A DNA stretch of 57,416 nt, from the IMG/VR virus record IMGVR_UViG_3300022824_000002, positions 1 through 57,416 of that record; one strand, written 5' to 3'. Source of the DNA: a virus. Its lineage: Duplodnaviria > Caudoviricetes. The translations under genes and the position numbers were made by a program. The notes beneath the pieces were generated by a model. It was not told where the DNA came from. It saw only the letters and a list, made by a program, of their open reading frames with translations, and made no database searches. Positions 45,724 through 55,355 of this stretch are shown piece by piece; the first letter of the stretch is position 1; each line of letters starts with the position of its first letter.

Positions 45724-46686
45724 TCATTGCGTTGACACTCCCCATGGATGAATCCAGGGGAGTGTCAAGTATCTCGTAGACATATAATCTTCAAAACTAC
45801 AACACTTTCTAAGTGGAGGTATGGAATTGCTCCACCTTTGCAGATGCTTTATTTCCATAGGAGCATTTAATTTGTCATAAATCATAACGTATGAATTAAC
45901 ACCTAAATCAGTAAGTATTTTAATCCTATCCATATCTTGCTTAAAAGTCGTATCATAGTTAGTAAGCACGAAGAACGTTAACCTATCAGGATGTATGCCA
46001 GCAGTACAAAGATGTTCAATACCTTTTACAACTTCTTTAGTAATATTCAAACCGTCATAAGCAAAATGCAATCTTTTTTCATGTCTCATAGCCGCTAATA
46101 ACTCAGCATTGCGTTTAGTCATCAGCCTTATATCATTACCTTGTGTAAAATTAACTTTTATTTTCATGTCAATGATTTGATGGGCGACCTGCTCCCACAT
46201 TGGTGACGCCATTGCGTTGTTATCTAACAGTGTTAATCTGTTACTTAAAGGGTTTAATAAGTCGACGGGCATATTCACATGATGTATTAAACCTTCTTTT
46301 TCTGGAACCACACAAAACGAGCATTTTCGAATGCAACCTCTACTAGTGAACCCTATCCCATAATCGATGCCGTAAAGTTCAAAATCGGGCTTCATTTCCT
46401 CAATTTCTGATGGTAAACGCGTAGTTAAGTCCCACCCAGTTCCACCAACATCTGCACCTAGTTTTTTATAGTATTCAGCTTGTCCTCGATTGTCGGTAAA
46501 AACTACAGAAGCATAAACCTTATCAACTTCACCTATAAACAAATTATCATATTGATAAGGGAAAATAACTTCGTGTCCCTGTTCTTTATGCCATGCTGAT
46601 ATTTTCATTAATGCTAAGTTTGGCAGTTTGCCATCAACTTGAATTAATCCTATTTTTATAATATTATTCATAAATACCTCCTGCAT
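45724..46686 (-). CDS. Radical SAM protein
   Basis: TSRGCIRKCSFC CxxxCxxC, LLDNN, N-terminal PNLALMKIS. Confidence 0.92.
   Translation of the reverse strand: MQEVFMNNIIKIGLIQVDGKLPNLALMKISAWHKEQGHEVIFPYQYDNLFIGEVDKVYASVVFTDNRGQAEYYKKLGADVGGTGWDLTTRLPSEIEEMKPDFELYGIDYGIGFTSRGCIRKCSFCVVPEKEGLIHHVNMPVDLLNPLSNRLTLLDNNAMASPMWEQVAHQIIDMKIKVNFTQGNDIRLMTKRNAELLAAMRHEKRLHFAYDGLNITKEVVKGIEHLCTAGIHPDRLTFFVLTNYDTTFKQDMDRIKILTDLGVNSYVMIYDKLNAPMEIKHLQRWSNSIPPLRKCCSFEDYMSTRYLTLPWIHPWGVSTQ
45732..45768. mobile_element. 37-bp palindrome resembling an IS200/IS605-family end hairpin
   Basis: TTGACACTCCCC-A-TGGA-TGAA-TCCA-GGGGAGTGTCAA; GC-rich in AT-rich context. Confidence 0.5.
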
Positions 46687-46723
46687 AAATATCCACTAAA
46701 ATAAATTTTTATACATTAACATA
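46682..46723. repeat. Dispersed 42-bp repeat, copy 2
   Basis: Matches 2985-3026. Confidence 0.85.
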
Positions 46724-46752
46724 AATTTTTTATTAATCACAGTAAATATAAG

Positions 46753-47298
46753 CTATTTTAAGGTTATCCCACCATGGATTTCATAGAGCTTTTTAAATTT
46801 ATCTTGTTGTTCTCTACCGCTTACTATCTTGCTTGGATCTGCCGTTTCTTTTTCCGGTATCCATTTTTCAAAATTATTACACTCAATCCCCATTAAATTG
46901 CATTGGAGACTACCATCATCATTATTTTTACAAGTTTCGCATTTCTTTTCGATTTCTTCCGTCTGATTGATTGGTTGCCAATACTTATGGGTAATATCAC
47001 AATCGTATGAGCAATAACCTTCTGTACCTCTTGGTTGTCCGCAAGTCTCGCAACTCTTTTCATCTTCCACAACTTCGGCATCATCTTTTTTTACTAAAAT
47101 GATGCCTATTTTACTTTGTATATGATAATAACTTTTATCATCATTAAAATTTTCAAATATTTTACCAACGAGCATTGGATCACCTTTTATAATCTTAACC
47201 TTCATCATCAACCACCTCCGCTTCATTTTTTCCAATCGCCAACATATGCCCATATTCTCCGACAACATAAAATCTATCAGTCTGGCTAGCAACTTCAT
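46753..47298 (-). CDS. Hypothetical protein with CETC repeats (true start probably ~47205)
   Basis: ORF track. Confidence 0.6.
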   Translation of the reverse strand: MKLLARLIDFMLSENMGICWRLEKMKRRWLMMKVKIIKGDPMLVGKIFENFNDDKSYYHIQSKIGIILVKKDDAEVVEDEKSCETCGQPRGTEGYCSYDCDITHKYWQPINQTEEIEKKCETCKNNDDGSLQCNLMGIECNNFEKWIPEKETADPSKIVSGREQQDKFKKLYEIHGGITLK

Positions 47299-47377
47299 AA
47301 ATTTCGCCAGTTTCTAAGAATTTAACTTTCATGCTCAACACTCTCCCTTGAATTGTTTCATTGCCTTGCACCAACAA
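47195..47377 (-). CDS. Small hypothetical protein (start probably MKVKF, 47332)
   Basis: ORF track; resembles N-terminus of downstream ORF. Confidence 0.5.
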   Translation of the reverse strand: MLVQGNETIQGRVLSMKVKFLETGEIYEVASQTDRFYVVGEYGHMLAIGKNEAEVVDDEG

Positions 47378-47556
47378 ATTTCACATTGTCCTGACACACA
47401 ACTAATATCTTTAAACACATTTTCAAGACCAATATCGTTCGGGCATAAACCATTAGTTATATTTTCCCAAAGTGAAAGGTGATCATCAGATATAATCCAT
47501 AGCGCGTCAACTACTTTTTGATGGCGTTCGTTTTTCATTTCAACACTCCTCAACAA
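47335..47556 (-). CDS. Cys-containing hypothetical protein
   Basis: ORF track. Confidence 0.55.
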   Translation of the reverse strand: MLRSVEMKNERHQKVVDALWIISDDHLSLWENITNGLCPNDIGLENVFKDISCVSGQCEICWCKAMKQFKGEC

Positions 47557-47588
47557 TCATTATTACAAAACAATAATTCTCCATTTTA

Positions 47589-47651
47589 AGGCGTACAAGC
47601 CATCAACCCATACATTACCCTTCGGATGTTATTAACTTCGCTTGTACGCCT
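47589..47651. repeat. 12-bp intergenic inverted repeat with 39-nt spacer
   Basis: AGGCGTACAAGC..GCTTGTACGCCT. Confidence 0.75.
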
Positions 47652-47674
47652 AATTATGCTAATTTAAATAGCCT

Positions 47675-48046
47675 TTATTTCTTACCACTCAACACTGGAT
47701 ACACTGTAACCTCAACATGTTCATTATTTTTAGTCAGTGCCGTGAATCTAGCACCATTTATCTTTACCACCTGTTTGTCATCAACCCACGCAATTTTATT
47801 TAAAGAATCACAAGTTCCTTTTATTAAATTATCAAGGTCGATTAATCTGCCACCAAATAAGTAATAATCAACTTTTATTCCTACATCGCCCTGCAACGGC
47901 TCCGAAAAGCATTTATTAGCCTTATAACCTACCAACTCTTTGTAAGCCAAATACTTCTGCGCTTGCGGATCGGTGAATTTTGTTCTTTGTGTCATTCTTA
48001 CTGCGCCCATTGGTCTGCCCTGCACTGTAAATTTAATCATCATCAC
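47675..48046 (-). CDS. rusA: RusA Holliday junction resolvase
   Basis: DLDNLIKGTCDSLNKIAWVDDKQVV. Confidence 0.93.
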   Translation of the reverse strand: MMMIKFTVQGRPMGAVRMTQRTKFTDPQAQKYLAYKELVGYKANKCFSEPLQGDVGIKVDYYLFGGRLIDLDNLIKGTCDSLNKIAWVDDKQVVKINGARFTALTKNNEHVEVTVYPVLSGKK

Positions 48047-48269
48047 TAACCTCCACTACCCCTAAAGCGGCATCTAGTTTATATGCGATAACATTCCACT
48101 CGGTATAAAGATTTTCATCTTGGGGAATAACATGTTTATGTACATCCCCACGGATTAGTGTTATTTCACGCTCTGTTAGATCAACTAGCATCGTTGCCAC
48201 CATCCTCCCTCTCTCTATACCAATCCGACACACCGGTTTCAAACGTCTCACACTTACCATTCCCGTCAA
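48033..48269 (-). CDS. Hypothetical protein (start probably 48191)
   Basis: ORF track. Confidence 0.5.
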   Translation of the reverse strand: MTGMVSVRRLKPVCRIGIERGRMVATMLVDLTEREITLIRGDVHKHVIPQDENLYTEWNVIAYKLDAALGVVEVSDDD

Positions 48270-48375
48270 TCACCATGCGTTTTTCAGTCATGTTTTTGGT
48301 GCAACAATCTTCCCAGTAAAACTTGCACTTACCATTCATACACATCAAGTTAATTGCCATCGTTTTTACCTCCAT
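48181..48375 (-). CDS. Cys-rich small protein
   Basis: ORF track, GGAGG RBS. Confidence 0.6.
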   Translation of the reverse strand: MEVKTMAINLMCMNGKCKFYWEDCCTKNMTEKRMVIDGNGKCETFETGVSDWYREREDGGNDAS

Positions 48376-48555
48376 ACGTCAATTCTAAGCCCCAACCCAT
48401 ACATTCATACTCTTGTACCATTTAAAACTCACCTAGCCCCAATTCTGCTAACCTCATACGATTTTAATATACTATATTACATACCATTTAATATTTGAAA
48501 ATAATTATTGTTTGCGAGTGGGTGTGAGATTGCCTAAAAAGGTACTTATCGTTTC

Positions 48556-49137
48556 TTATTTTCTATTTATTGAATCTTCACAGCTAAATCCATTAGGATA
48601 ACGCTTATTCAACTTTTCAATGTTATAATCCATGATGCCTTGCAATGTCATATGGTTTTCTGTGGCTATTCCGGCTACATACCACAATACATCGCCTAGC
48701 TCTTTGGATAATTCATCAACATCTAATCCATGTCCGTGATAAACATGTTTCTTTAGCAAGTCGACAACCTCACCAGCTTCACCAGCTAAACCCATTGATA
48801 GCATTGATATTTTTTCTTTGTATGTCATTTCACATTTAAGCGTTCTGCTTGCCAATTTTTGATAATTGTTTGCGTTGGATTCATTTTTGCGCAATTGTTT
48901 TAACTCAAGTAACAAATCCCTAAACAATCTATTTCCGTTACTTTCATCCATTGTCACGCATACCGACATATTCATTCTAAAACTGAAATGTTCAATTGCT
49001 TTGTCTAGTTCATTTTCATTATTTTGCATTTTCATCATCCTTTTTGAGTGCTTCTCTAGCGATATCTCCCTCGTTATCGTATGTATAACTTTTTCCATCC
49101 CAACGCATGTTTTGCCCATCCTTGCTTGATTTTTCAA
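48556..49137 (-). CDS. MazG-like NTP pyrophosphohydrolase
   Basis: GLAGEAGEVVDLLKK..KELGDVLWY..NIEKL.KRYP. Confidence 0.92.
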   Translation of the reverse strand: MKNQARMGKTCVGMEKVIHTITREISLEKHSKRMMKMQNNENELDKAIEHFSFRMNMSVCVTMDESNGNRLFRDLLLELKQLRKNESNANNYQKLASRTLKCEMTYKEKISMLSMGLAGEAGEVVDLLKKHVYHGHGLDVDELSKELGDVLWYVAGIATENHMTLQGIMDYNIEKLNKRYPNGFSCEDSINRK

Positions 49138-49885
49138 TTGGCGTACGATGGAGATTCAATATTCTTTCTAACGCCTCCCGCAAGACTCGCTCCTTGTCCT
49201 GTATTTGTTTTAATTCAATCACTAAACGCTCAACATCTAAAAAAGATCCACACCTTTGACATTTTTTATTTTCTTCTTGCACCTGTTGAAGCTCCTCCCT
49301 CAACTCTTTAACCGTCATACAGCTATCTTGTGGGCAATACTGGTTAGGTTGGTTTTCTGGGTCTGACATGATTTGTTTAAGTGATAAATAATCTTGTCCT
49401 TTTTTAGTATCCATCGCCACTGTCTCCCAAAGATCCGCTGGTAGTGGCGACCAATGAGTATATAAATTTTCATCAAAATTACAATCTATACAAGATCCAA
49501 CATCCGGTGCTTCACATATGGGCAATTGCCACAACAAAACATCACCATGATCTTCATGTAAGTCTTCAATTGGTCTAAGGGTACTAACAGATTTACCTAT
49601 CTCAGCATACTTTTCTTGCTGTTCTAATTGCGCTTTGAGAGAATTATTTTCTATTTCAACTAGTTCTACGGCATCAGCTAATTTATAACCGTTTTTCACA
49701 TATTCATCGGTTATATTTGCAAACTCTGTATTTTTAGTTTGCTGTTCGATTATTATTTTTGTTTGCTGTTCTAACAATGCAATCAAAGAATCACTATTTA
49801 GCTGAATAATTCCTTCATGATCTACGACGATACAACCACCATAGGTTTTTAATAATTCCGCTGCCTGTTTTACGTTCATCATCAT
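49019..49885 (-). CDS. Mosaic coiled-coil hypothetical protein
   Basis: ORF track; THWSPLP DUF551-like segment. Confidence 0.7.
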   Translation of the reverse strand: MMMNVKQAAELLKTYGGCIVVDHEGIIQLNSDSLIALLEQQTKIIIEQQTKNTEFANITDEYVKNGYKLADAVELVEIENNSLKAQLEQQEKYAEIGKSVSTLRPIEDLHEDHGDVLLWQLPICEAPDVGSCIDCNFDENLYTHWSPLPADLWETVAMDTKKGQDYLSLKQIMSDPENQPNQYCPQDSCMTVKELREELQQVQEENKKCQRCGSFLDVERLVIELKQIQDKERVLREALERILNLHRTPIEKSSKDGQNMRWDGKSYTYDNEGDIAREALKKDDENAK

Positions 49886-49947
49886 TTCTCCTTTTTAAAT
49901 CGTATTTACAGTTATTTGGGGTGGAACTGTAGGTGTGATTGGGGTTT

Positions 49948-50559
49948 TTACTGATAGCCATATTCGACCTGCGCTATCATTCCATGATTCAACGTTCCTA
50001 CTGACACGATTCCTAACCTCTGGAATTCGCGTTCAACCAATTCTTTATCAGCAATTATCTTTAGTTCACCGTAATGGCTAACTATCTTTGATGGTGGGTT
50101 ATGCTTGTAATATTTAAGATCGGCTATTGTAAATACCTTGCGCTGCTCAGGTACTTTAGTTATAGGGACCGTTTTAGTGTGAGATTTTTGAGCATGTCTG
50201 ATATGTGGTTTCAGCCCACGGGCAATTCGCCATGAGGTATAGGCGTGTGATGATATTTCTAATACCTCACCTGCTTCAATATCAGTCAATCCTTTGTTAT
50301 ATAGCTCCATCCTGCGTTCGTGTTCAATCTCTGGTAAACATCTGCTATTAGTAACAATCTCGCCATTCATGCGCTTTTCAAGCCTAATTGCCGTGTCATG
50401 CCGTTTAAAGAATCCATTGATTGCTTGAAAACTCTTTCCTAATTTATTTACAATTTCTTGGTATGTATACTTTTCTTGCCTCATTTGTAAGGCTAGTTCT
50501 TTTTCAGTGTCTTGCCATTCAGTCCATTTCTTGCCCATATTTACTCTCCCTTCTGGCAT
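49948..50559 (-). CDS. HTH-containing protein
   Basis: Two HTH-like segments (YTYQEIVNKLGKS; GLTDIEAGEVLEIS..WR..RGL). Confidence 0.7.
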   Translation of the reverse strand: MPEGRVNMGKKWTEWQDTEKELALQMRQEKYTYQEIVNKLGKSFQAINGFFKRHDTAIRLEKRMNGEIVTNSRCLPEIEHERRMELYNKGLTDIEAGEVLEISSHAYTSWRIARGLKPHIRHAQKSHTKTVPITKVPEQRKVFTIADLKYYKHNPPSKIVSHYGELKIIADKELVEREFQRLGIVSVGTLNHGMIAQVEYGYQ

Positions 50560-50582
50560 CTCGCCATCTCTTCTTTTATGTT

Positions 50583-51134
50583 TTAATCTTCTTCCGAAAC
50601 AATATCATCACGAACCATAAGCAATAAATCTACAATCTTACGTATTCTTTCAGCTTTTTCATTTTTCCCATTGTGATAGGATTTATGGCAGCAAGGGCAT
50701 AGCCACAATACTTTTAACTTTTCAAGATAATTATTATGATGCGCTTCTACTCTTCCATTGCTACCACATATTTGACAGGTGTTAGATCTAACCATTATCC
50801 CGTTCTTTATTGCCCTAGTTATCGCATTATGGCAAGCTTGGTACCCTTCAACTTCATGTCTTCGCTTATTACTGATTGCGATTGATTTCGCTTTTCGTTG
50901 TGGTGTTTTACTTCTTTCGCGATCGTATTCCCTAATTTCTTTAATATTTTCTTCCCGATGATTGCTAACTCTTGATTTTACACATTCTTTGCATTTATTT
51001 AGATGGCCATCACCCATTTCCTTATGCTTATAATAATTTTCAATCGGTAAATCTTCGCCACATTCACGACAAATTTTAGTTTTCATCTTTTTATCTTTCG
51101 CCTGTTTAGTACCCTCCATGACTAGGCGCATCAT
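50583..51134 (-). CDS. HNH endonuclease-like protein
   Basis: CREC..CKEC; CQICG..VEAHH.NY..VLWLC..CH..H. Confidence 0.85.
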   Translation of the reverse strand: MMRLVMEGTKQAKDKKMKTKICRECGEDLPIENYYKHKEMGDGHLNKCKECVKSRVSNHREENIKEIREYDRERSKTPQRKAKSIAISNKRRHEVEGYQACHNAITRAIKNGIMVRSNTCQICGSNGRVEAHHNNYLEKLKVLWLCPCCHKSYHNGKNEKAERIRKIVDLLLMVRDDIVSEED

Positions 51135-51140
51135 AGAGGT

Positions 51141-51566
51141 TTAGTTAAAAGGAATTTCTTCTTCAGGGAAAACTTCCGTGCCAAAACTAGATACATCATA
51201 ACCGCCTGCCATATTCTTACCCGGTGCATCAGCTTTAGGAGTTGTTTGTTGTCCGTCTTTTTTAGTGTCCAAAAACTCGATGTTCTGGGCTATAATTTCA
51301 GCAGCACGCCGCTTCTGACCATCTTTATCTTCATAATCACGAATTTGCAATCTACCTTCGACTAGTACCCTGCGCCCCTTAGTAAGATTATTTCCGCAGA
51401 CTTCAGCCAGCTTGTCCCATACGACTACAGGGATAAAATCTGCACGTTTGTTGTCACCAAACCCACTGTCTACTGCTACACTGAATGATGCTACCGCTTT
51501 TCCTGCTTGGGTGTATCTTACTTCTGGATCACGGGTTAATCTGCCGACTACAATTACTTTATTCAT
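51141..51566 (-). CDS. ssb: Single-stranded DNA-binding protein
   Basis: MNKVIVVGRLTRDPEVRYT..EEIPF. Confidence 0.97.
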   Translation of the reverse strand: MNKVIVVGRLTRDPEVRYTQAGKAVASFSVAVDSGFGDNKRADFIPVVVWDKLAEVCGNNLTKGRRVLVEGRLQIRDYEDKDGQKRRAAEIIAQNIEFLDTKKDGQQTTPKADAPGKNMAGGYDVSSFGTEVFPEEEIPFN

Positions 51567-51586
51567 ATTATCTACCGCCCTTTTAT

Positions 51587-52153
51587 CTAATTATTTTTAT
51601 GGCATTGTGCCATCTCTTTACTTACATATCCCGTCTTGCTGTTCATCCAGTGTTTTGTGGTCCATCCCTGCGTAACACATTGATTTCTGCCCATCCTGCA
51701 AGCACTGCACCGTTCCATTGCTTCCATACCCTCAATTAGTTCTGAATAGTTTTTTCTGACCATTTCAGCGCTTATGTCAGGGAAATGCACTCTAGCGTAC
51801 TGGTGAAGTTTGGTTATATCTACGCTTGCCATATATTCAGCTGCTCTGCCATCGTGGACAAACTTCAATGCTCTTGCTGATATCTCGTAATCTCTTTTCA
51901 CATCCCATGGTAGTTGTTTAGGCTTGGTTTGTTCCTCATATGCCAAATCCTTAATAGCATCTTTTATGTCAGATACAGTAGGAAACTTCTTGCAAAAACT
52001 AATACATAATCTTACTGCGGTTTCCATTAGATCATCTTGATATTTTTGAAACTCACCCATCCAAAGAACACCTTTAGCTTTTATGTCTTCACCGTAGTTG
52101 GGGTAGTTCGCAGAACACATCATCAGAAGTTTTTTGCACATTACACCTGTCAT
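51587..52153 (-). CDS. Helicase loader/inhibitor-like protein
   Basis: ANYPNY..W..AV..KFPTVSDI; follows initiator. Confidence 0.65.
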   Translation of the reverse strand: MTGVMCKKLLMMCSANYPNYGEDIKAKGVLWMGEFQKYQDDLMETAVRLCISFCKKFPTVSDIKDAIKDLAYEEQTKPKQLPWDVKRDYEISARALKFVHDGRAAEYMASVDITKLHQYARVHFPDISAEMVRKNYSELIEGMEAMERCSACRMGRNQCVTQGWTTKHWMNSKTGYVSKEMAQCHKNN

Positions 52154-52976
52154 AGTCTTCCATCATCCTTCCGAACTCGTCCAATTGCTGTTCTCTTTTT
52201 GACATTTTAGGTTTGTTGGTAAATAAATCCGTCTGCGCTTCTTCGACTACATCCGTCCACCGTTCGCCATTTAACCATGTTGCAGGATATGGTATAAACT
52301 GACCACCATTTTTTACCCAATCAACACATTTTATTGATCTCTGTAATCCGTCCATAATAGCGATCAACAAATCATCAGTAAGTTTGATTTTATTCCACGC
52401 TTTTAGTGCATCATTTTTTGATTTCTTTTTAGGGTAAGCTGACCAAAAAGATTCAAATTCAGAAGTATATATATTAGTCTTTACCGTCTTTACCGTCTTA
52501 GCTTTCTTATTACCTTCTTTATTAGTGGTTAGATGCTGGTTAGATGCTGGTTGATTGCTGGTTAGATGCTGGTTATCAGGTGGTTGATGTGCTGGTTCGC
52601 CTACATCATCAACCCCTTGTTCTTCGTGGGTTTGTTGCTGGTTAGTCTGCTGGTTGAAATTTTCGTAGTTTACAATTAAAAATATTGTAAACTTAGAAGT
52701 TGTTGAGAGGTTAACAATCATTTCTTCTCTTAATAGCTTCTTTATTAAGGTTCTAAGTTTCTGTTCGCTGACCCCTGTATCCTCATTCCACTTCTTTCTG
52801 CCGAACAAAAATTCGCCCCGATTTAAGGTGTAATTTACGTTTTGATATAGTCCTTTTTTAGGTTCCGCTAGATATCTCGCTCGAGACAACATAGTTACCC
52901 AAACTTTAAAATAATCAGAATCGGAATATATCCAATGTTTTAATATGCCGCGGTGTATTGGGATACTGTCTTGCAT
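52089..52976 (-). CDS. Phage replication initiator (replisome organiser)
   Basis: N-terminal wHTH (RGEFLFGR), C-terminal FESFWSAYPKK..FIPYPATWLNGERW. Confidence 0.92.
   Translation of the reverse strand: MQDSIPIHRGILKHWIYSDSDYFKVWVTMLSRARYLAEPKKGLYQNVNYTLNRGEFLFGRKKWNEDTGVSEQKLRTLIKKLLREEMIVNLSTTSKFTIFLIVNYENFNQQTNQQQTHEEQGVDDVGEPAHQPPDNQHLTSNQPASNQHLTTNKEGNKKAKTVKTVKTNIYTSEFESFWSAYPKKKSKNDALKAWNKIKLTDDLLIAIMDGLQRSIKCVDWVKNGGQFIPYPATWLNGERWTDVVEEAQTDLFTNKPKMSKREQQLDEFGRMMEDYDRCNVQKTSDDVFCELPQLR
52479..52655. repeat. Iteron cluster inside initiator gene (lytic origin)
   Basis: Repeated TGCTGGTT / GGTTAGATGCT 11-mers at 52526-52655 and TCTTTACCG 9-mers. Confidence 0.8.
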
Positions 52977-52991
52977 TTCACCACCTCATTT

Positions 52992-53168
52992 TTATTTACT
53001 CAACCAATGATTACACCCGGGATCTTTATCTTGAACACTCATAGCAACAACCTCGCCATCTTTTTTGCCTTTTAGATAGCAAATTACTTTCTTGACTGCT
53101 CTATATGTTTCTGAATCTGGATGTACGCAATTGCCGCATTTGCGGTCTTGAAGTTTTGTGAAGGCCAT
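52992..53168 (-). CDS. 58-aa Cys-containing protein
   Basis: Manual translation MAFTKLQDRKCGNC... Confidence 0.6.
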   Translation of the reverse strand: MAFTKLQDRKCGNCVHPDSETYRAVKKVICYLKGKKDGEVVAMSVQDKDPGCNHWLSK

Positions 53169-53713
53169 TATAAAATCCCCCTTTCTGATATCTCACCCAA
53201 ATACTGCTGCATAGTGCAATAAATATTTACACCGCTATGTACAGGGCTAACGAAATCAGTAGTCACGCCATATTTGCTTTCAATGCGTTTAATCCACTTT
53301 AAAAATTTAACAGGACTATAATTTGTCATATATTTTTTAGTTATCACATCAAACAATGAAGCGTTTTCAATCATCAAAGATAATTTTGCGCTGCCGCTTC
53401 TGATTAGTTCTCTTTCAAGCCTTGCACCATCATCTTTAGTAAGATTGCCAACCAGTTCATCCAAATTTGCTTTACGTTCAATCGCTATTTTTTTATCAAA
53501 ATAAACGTCTTGTATAATACCCAATACAGGGAATCTAGGAACGTAAAAGCTAAAATCCGCATAATCCAATTTCATGGACTCATATCTAATATTTTCGCGA
53601 TCAAAATAATTAGTGATGTGGTTTACTTTTTTCTCTCTTGTGTCGATTAAAATAACTAGGCTATCAGTTATTTTTTTAATTTCAGAGGGTGAATAAATTC
53701 TTTTTACTAACAT
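53168..53713 (-). CDS. ERCC4-domain nuclease
   Basis: ILIDTREK, LDYADF, IERKANLDEL. Confidence 0.92.
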   Translation of the reverse strand: MLVKRIYSPSEIKKITDSLVILIDTREKKVNHITNYFDRENIRYESMKLDYADFSFYVPRFPVLGIIQDVYFDKKIAIERKANLDELVGNLTKDDGARLERELIRSGSAKLSLMIENASLFDVITKKYMTNYSPVKFLKWIKRIESKYGVTTDFVSPVHSGVNIYCTMQQYLGEISERGIL

Positions 53714-54534
53714 CTTTGATTACCGATAGTAGACCAATGTACAATATGCTTTAGTTTTTTTTTAGAAATGCAATAATCACAAGTATTACATGGTATGGGC
53801 TTTTCTAATCCGCTTTTCACTGCCAATATCCTTGGCATATTGATTTCAACTTCTCTTAGTTTTTCAGTAAAAACATTAACGTCTTCCTGTACGTTAGGGT
53901 TAAACAGGCTTATTATCTCTTTATCTACTGGTGTCTCTTTGGATACTGCAAGCATGACTGCTTCTTTCCATGATTCACGCCCACGGGCCAGTCTTTCAAT
54001 CTCAGCATATACAGCAGCATTTCGGATATAATTCCATTTTTGTATAAAGTTAACTTGTTCGTTCTTATCTGTAATTTCGTTGTAAATCCAAGATAATTCT
54101 TTGATGCTTCGAGTAGTTTTAATTTCTACCCATTTCTTTTCATCATCACGATCAAGCATTATCTTCCATGGGGTGCCAAACATTTCAGCGGTCAAAATAA
54201 CTTCTGATTCCCCTTGTGATAGAACAAACATTGAAAAAGAATCTTGCTTAATTGCATCAATCATTTTTTGTCCTATTTCATATTTGGCGTACATTTTACC
54301 GTTTTTTTGATAAAGAGTATCTTTATTAAGTTCCTTAAATTCTTCAAGTTTGTTATCGTTCCAGGCATGTACATAAGAGCCGATCAAAAAGGCATCCTTA
54401 TTACTATCCTCACACTCGCCTGACAACATAGCCATTGCTTTAGAATCGCATTCAATAAAGCTGCTGTATTGGGAGTTTGACATATATGCCAAACTCGCTT
54501 CCCGGCTAAAGTAATTTTCAGATGTTAATATCAT
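53707..54534 (-). CDS. PD-(D/E)XK exonuclease (DUF3799/RecE-like)
   Basis: ENYFS..YMSNSQY, GSYVH, LD..EIKT; adjacent to recT. Confidence 0.88.
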   Translation of the reverse strand: MILTSENYFSREASLAYMSNSQYSSFIECDSKAMAMLSGECEDSNKDAFLIGSYVHAWNDNKLEEFKELNKDTLYQKNGKMYAKYEIGQKMIDAIKQDSFSMFVLSQGESEVILTAEMFGTPWKIMLDRDDEKKWVEIKTTRSIKELSWIYNEITDKNEQVNFIQKWNYIRNAAVYAEIERLARGRESWKEAVMLAVSKETPVDKEIISLFNPNVQEDVNVFTEKLREVEINMPRILAVKSGLEKPIPCNTCDYCISKKKLKHIVHWSTIGNQRC

Positions 54535-55355
54535 GATTTTGCACCTTCTTTAAGTGCTTCTTGTCTTAAATATTCTTGAAATTCATCTTCAGTAGGTGAA
54601 TCAACCTGTACTTTTTCAATGTCGATAGTGTTATTATCTGCATAATCAAATTCTGGTTCGCCACTGACATTCTCTCTAACCACTGCCTGATCTGCTAGTA
54701 CGGCAGTCTGCATATCAATGCTCATAATTCCCCATTTACTAATCAATAACTTAAGTACTGTTTTAAGGGCCATCGCATCAAAATCCGTAGTCCATTTGCT
54801 TTTATTTCTCACAAAATCTTTACTACTTTTATAAGTTTGGCTATATTTTTTGGCGTGTTTTTCGACTTCTTCATAAGTCATATATAAATATTTTTCAAAA
54901 CCGTTAACCATTTTTAAATAAGCACAATAGCCAATGATTTTATCTGATGCTTTCTTGTCGTAATCAAAAACAATCTGACCAGTAACGCGATTTCTAGATA
55001 CTAATTCACCTTCATATACCTCTGCGCAGTTTAAAGCTTCATACTGTGCCGTTCTCATAGCTAACTGTACATATCCCTTATACATCATCTGGAAAGTTGC
55101 ATCTTTGCCGTATGGGACAATTGCCGCGAATCCTAAATTAGGATTAATTGGTAGATCTAATGTTGCTGCAATACTAGCTGCCGAAAGAATTGTTTTAGCA
55201 TCGCATTGCTGCAATTGTTGATTGCCGTTAGTAATAGTCATTATTGACGACATAAACCCTGCCGATTTCTTACCTAACATATCTTCAAATCGTTTCTTTA
55301 CACTCACATTAGCCAGTAAACTTTGTAAAGCTGGTATCGTTGCTAAATCAGCCAT
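54531..55355 (-). CDS. recT: RecT single-strand annealing protein
   Basis: LDLPINPNLGFAAIVPY, FQMMYKGYVQLA, FDAMALKTV. Confidence 0.95.
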   Translation of the reverse strand: MADLATIPALQSLLANVSVKKRFEDMLGKKSAGFMSSIMTITNGNQQLQQCDAKTILSAASIAATLDLPINPNLGFAAIVPYGKDATFQMMYKGYVQLAMRTAQYEALNCAEVYEGELVSRNRVTGQIVFDYDKKASDKIIGYCAYLKMVNGFEKYLYMTYEEVEKHAKKYSQTYKSSKDFVRNKSKWTTDFDAMALKTVLKLLISKWGIMSIDMQTAVLADQAVVRENVSGEPEFDYADNNTIDIEKVQVDSPTEDEFQEYLRQEALKEGAKS

